DNA of 63,932 nt, counting the filler, from Choristocarpus tenellus KU-1152 (taxonomy: Eukaryota > Protista > Phaeophyceae), in the NCBI GenBank assembly GCA_964200185.2. It is 12 parts of 12 records of this genome, joined end to end, with 100 filler letters (N's around TTAATTAATTAA, not from the genome) between each part and the next. Parts side by side here need not be neighbours in the genome. Positions count along the whole stretch, not along the records: positions 61,185 to 63,932 come from CAXNAD020025073.1; 11 more parts are not named here. One strand, 5' to 3'. How positions within the stretch are numbered: the stretch's first letter is position 1; every line of letters starts with the position of its first letter. Shown piece by piece: positions 63,563-63,932 of this stretch. Made by a program: the position numbers and the translations under genes. The notes beneath the pieces are model-generated. The model was not told the origin of the DNA, made no database searches, and saw nothing but the letters and a program-made list of their open reading frames with translations.

Positions 63563-63764
63563 CCACGCCTGAGTCTGCGACCACGACTCAGCATCAACTG
63601 GAGGTATGGTAGCATTTCGAGCAAGGTTCAACGGGAACTCCGACATAATGAACAACTTCCTCCACCAGGGCAAGATCCAGAAATCATTACCGACCAACTG
63701 CCGCCGTAACCGCCTCCGTAACCTCCACTGCTTCCATTGCAGCCCTGTCCACATCCTGCGCAAG
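63563..63764 (-). CDS. Exon of a probable cation/Ca2+ exchanger (CCX/NCLX family)
   Basis: WWRKLFIMSEFPLNLARNATIPPVDAESWSQ resembles the CCX/NCLX loop-end motif E.P....R..TIP.V....WS; AATAG acceptor, GTGAGT donor. Confidence 0.65.
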
Positions 63765-63932
63765 CTATTACTATATATACATTTATACATATATATACAT
63801 AGATACATATATACATTCACACATAGAATTATTTTTATTCACAATGACAAAGAGTATCAATAGTACAACAGTATACAGCAAAAAGAAAAACATTAGGGGT
63901 AAGAGGAGACGGAGGGAGGGGAGCAGGGGGGG

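Noticed and set aside
1-63932. Functional cluster of Ca channel, exchanger, C2 and DNA-repair genes
   Set aside because: The genes lie on separate contigs joined artificially; adjacency carries no information.
1-63932. tRNA or rRNA genes, LTR pairs, an autonomous Sola transposase
   Set aside because: None recognisable by eye; tRNAscan, Infernal and HMM searches would be needed to exclude them.

Overview
Eukaryotic, intron-rich nuclear DNA. It most likely comes from a photosynthetic stramenopile (brown-algal type; inferred from a signal-peptide-bearing sigma factor, TTAGGG stubs and long GT-AG introns). It is not one locus: 12 small contigs are joined by 11 artificial N44-TTAATTAATTAA-N44 linkers, so neighbourhood across linkers is meaningless. 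Spliced by hand, it holds partial genes for a RecQ helicase (3' end), MsrB (3' end), a four-domain voltage-gated Ca/Na-type channel (repeats III-IV, 14 exons), a BAH-domain protein (ORC1-like), a plastid-type sigma-70 factor, a C2-domain protein exon, acetyl-CoA carboxylase (5' end), a multi-BRCT (TOPBP1-like) protein and a CCX/NCLX-type exchanger exon. Introns and intergenic DNA contain Ty3/Gypsy relics, three Penelope-like element relics, a mariner-like ORF fragment and three short repeat families. The most striking features are: (1) a ~258-bp MITE (13 copies, 4-bp TSDs, GAG...CTC termini, Sola-like) with bipartite ends whose spacers differ by one helical turn (7 vs 17 bp), shared with a second family; (2) a Penelope-like element apparently lacking an endonuclease and followed by (CCCTAA)n; (3) a non-canonical Asn in the channel's repeat III filter; (4) a sigma factor with rewired region 2.4. 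All protein and family calls rest on motif recognition by eye; no database search was run.
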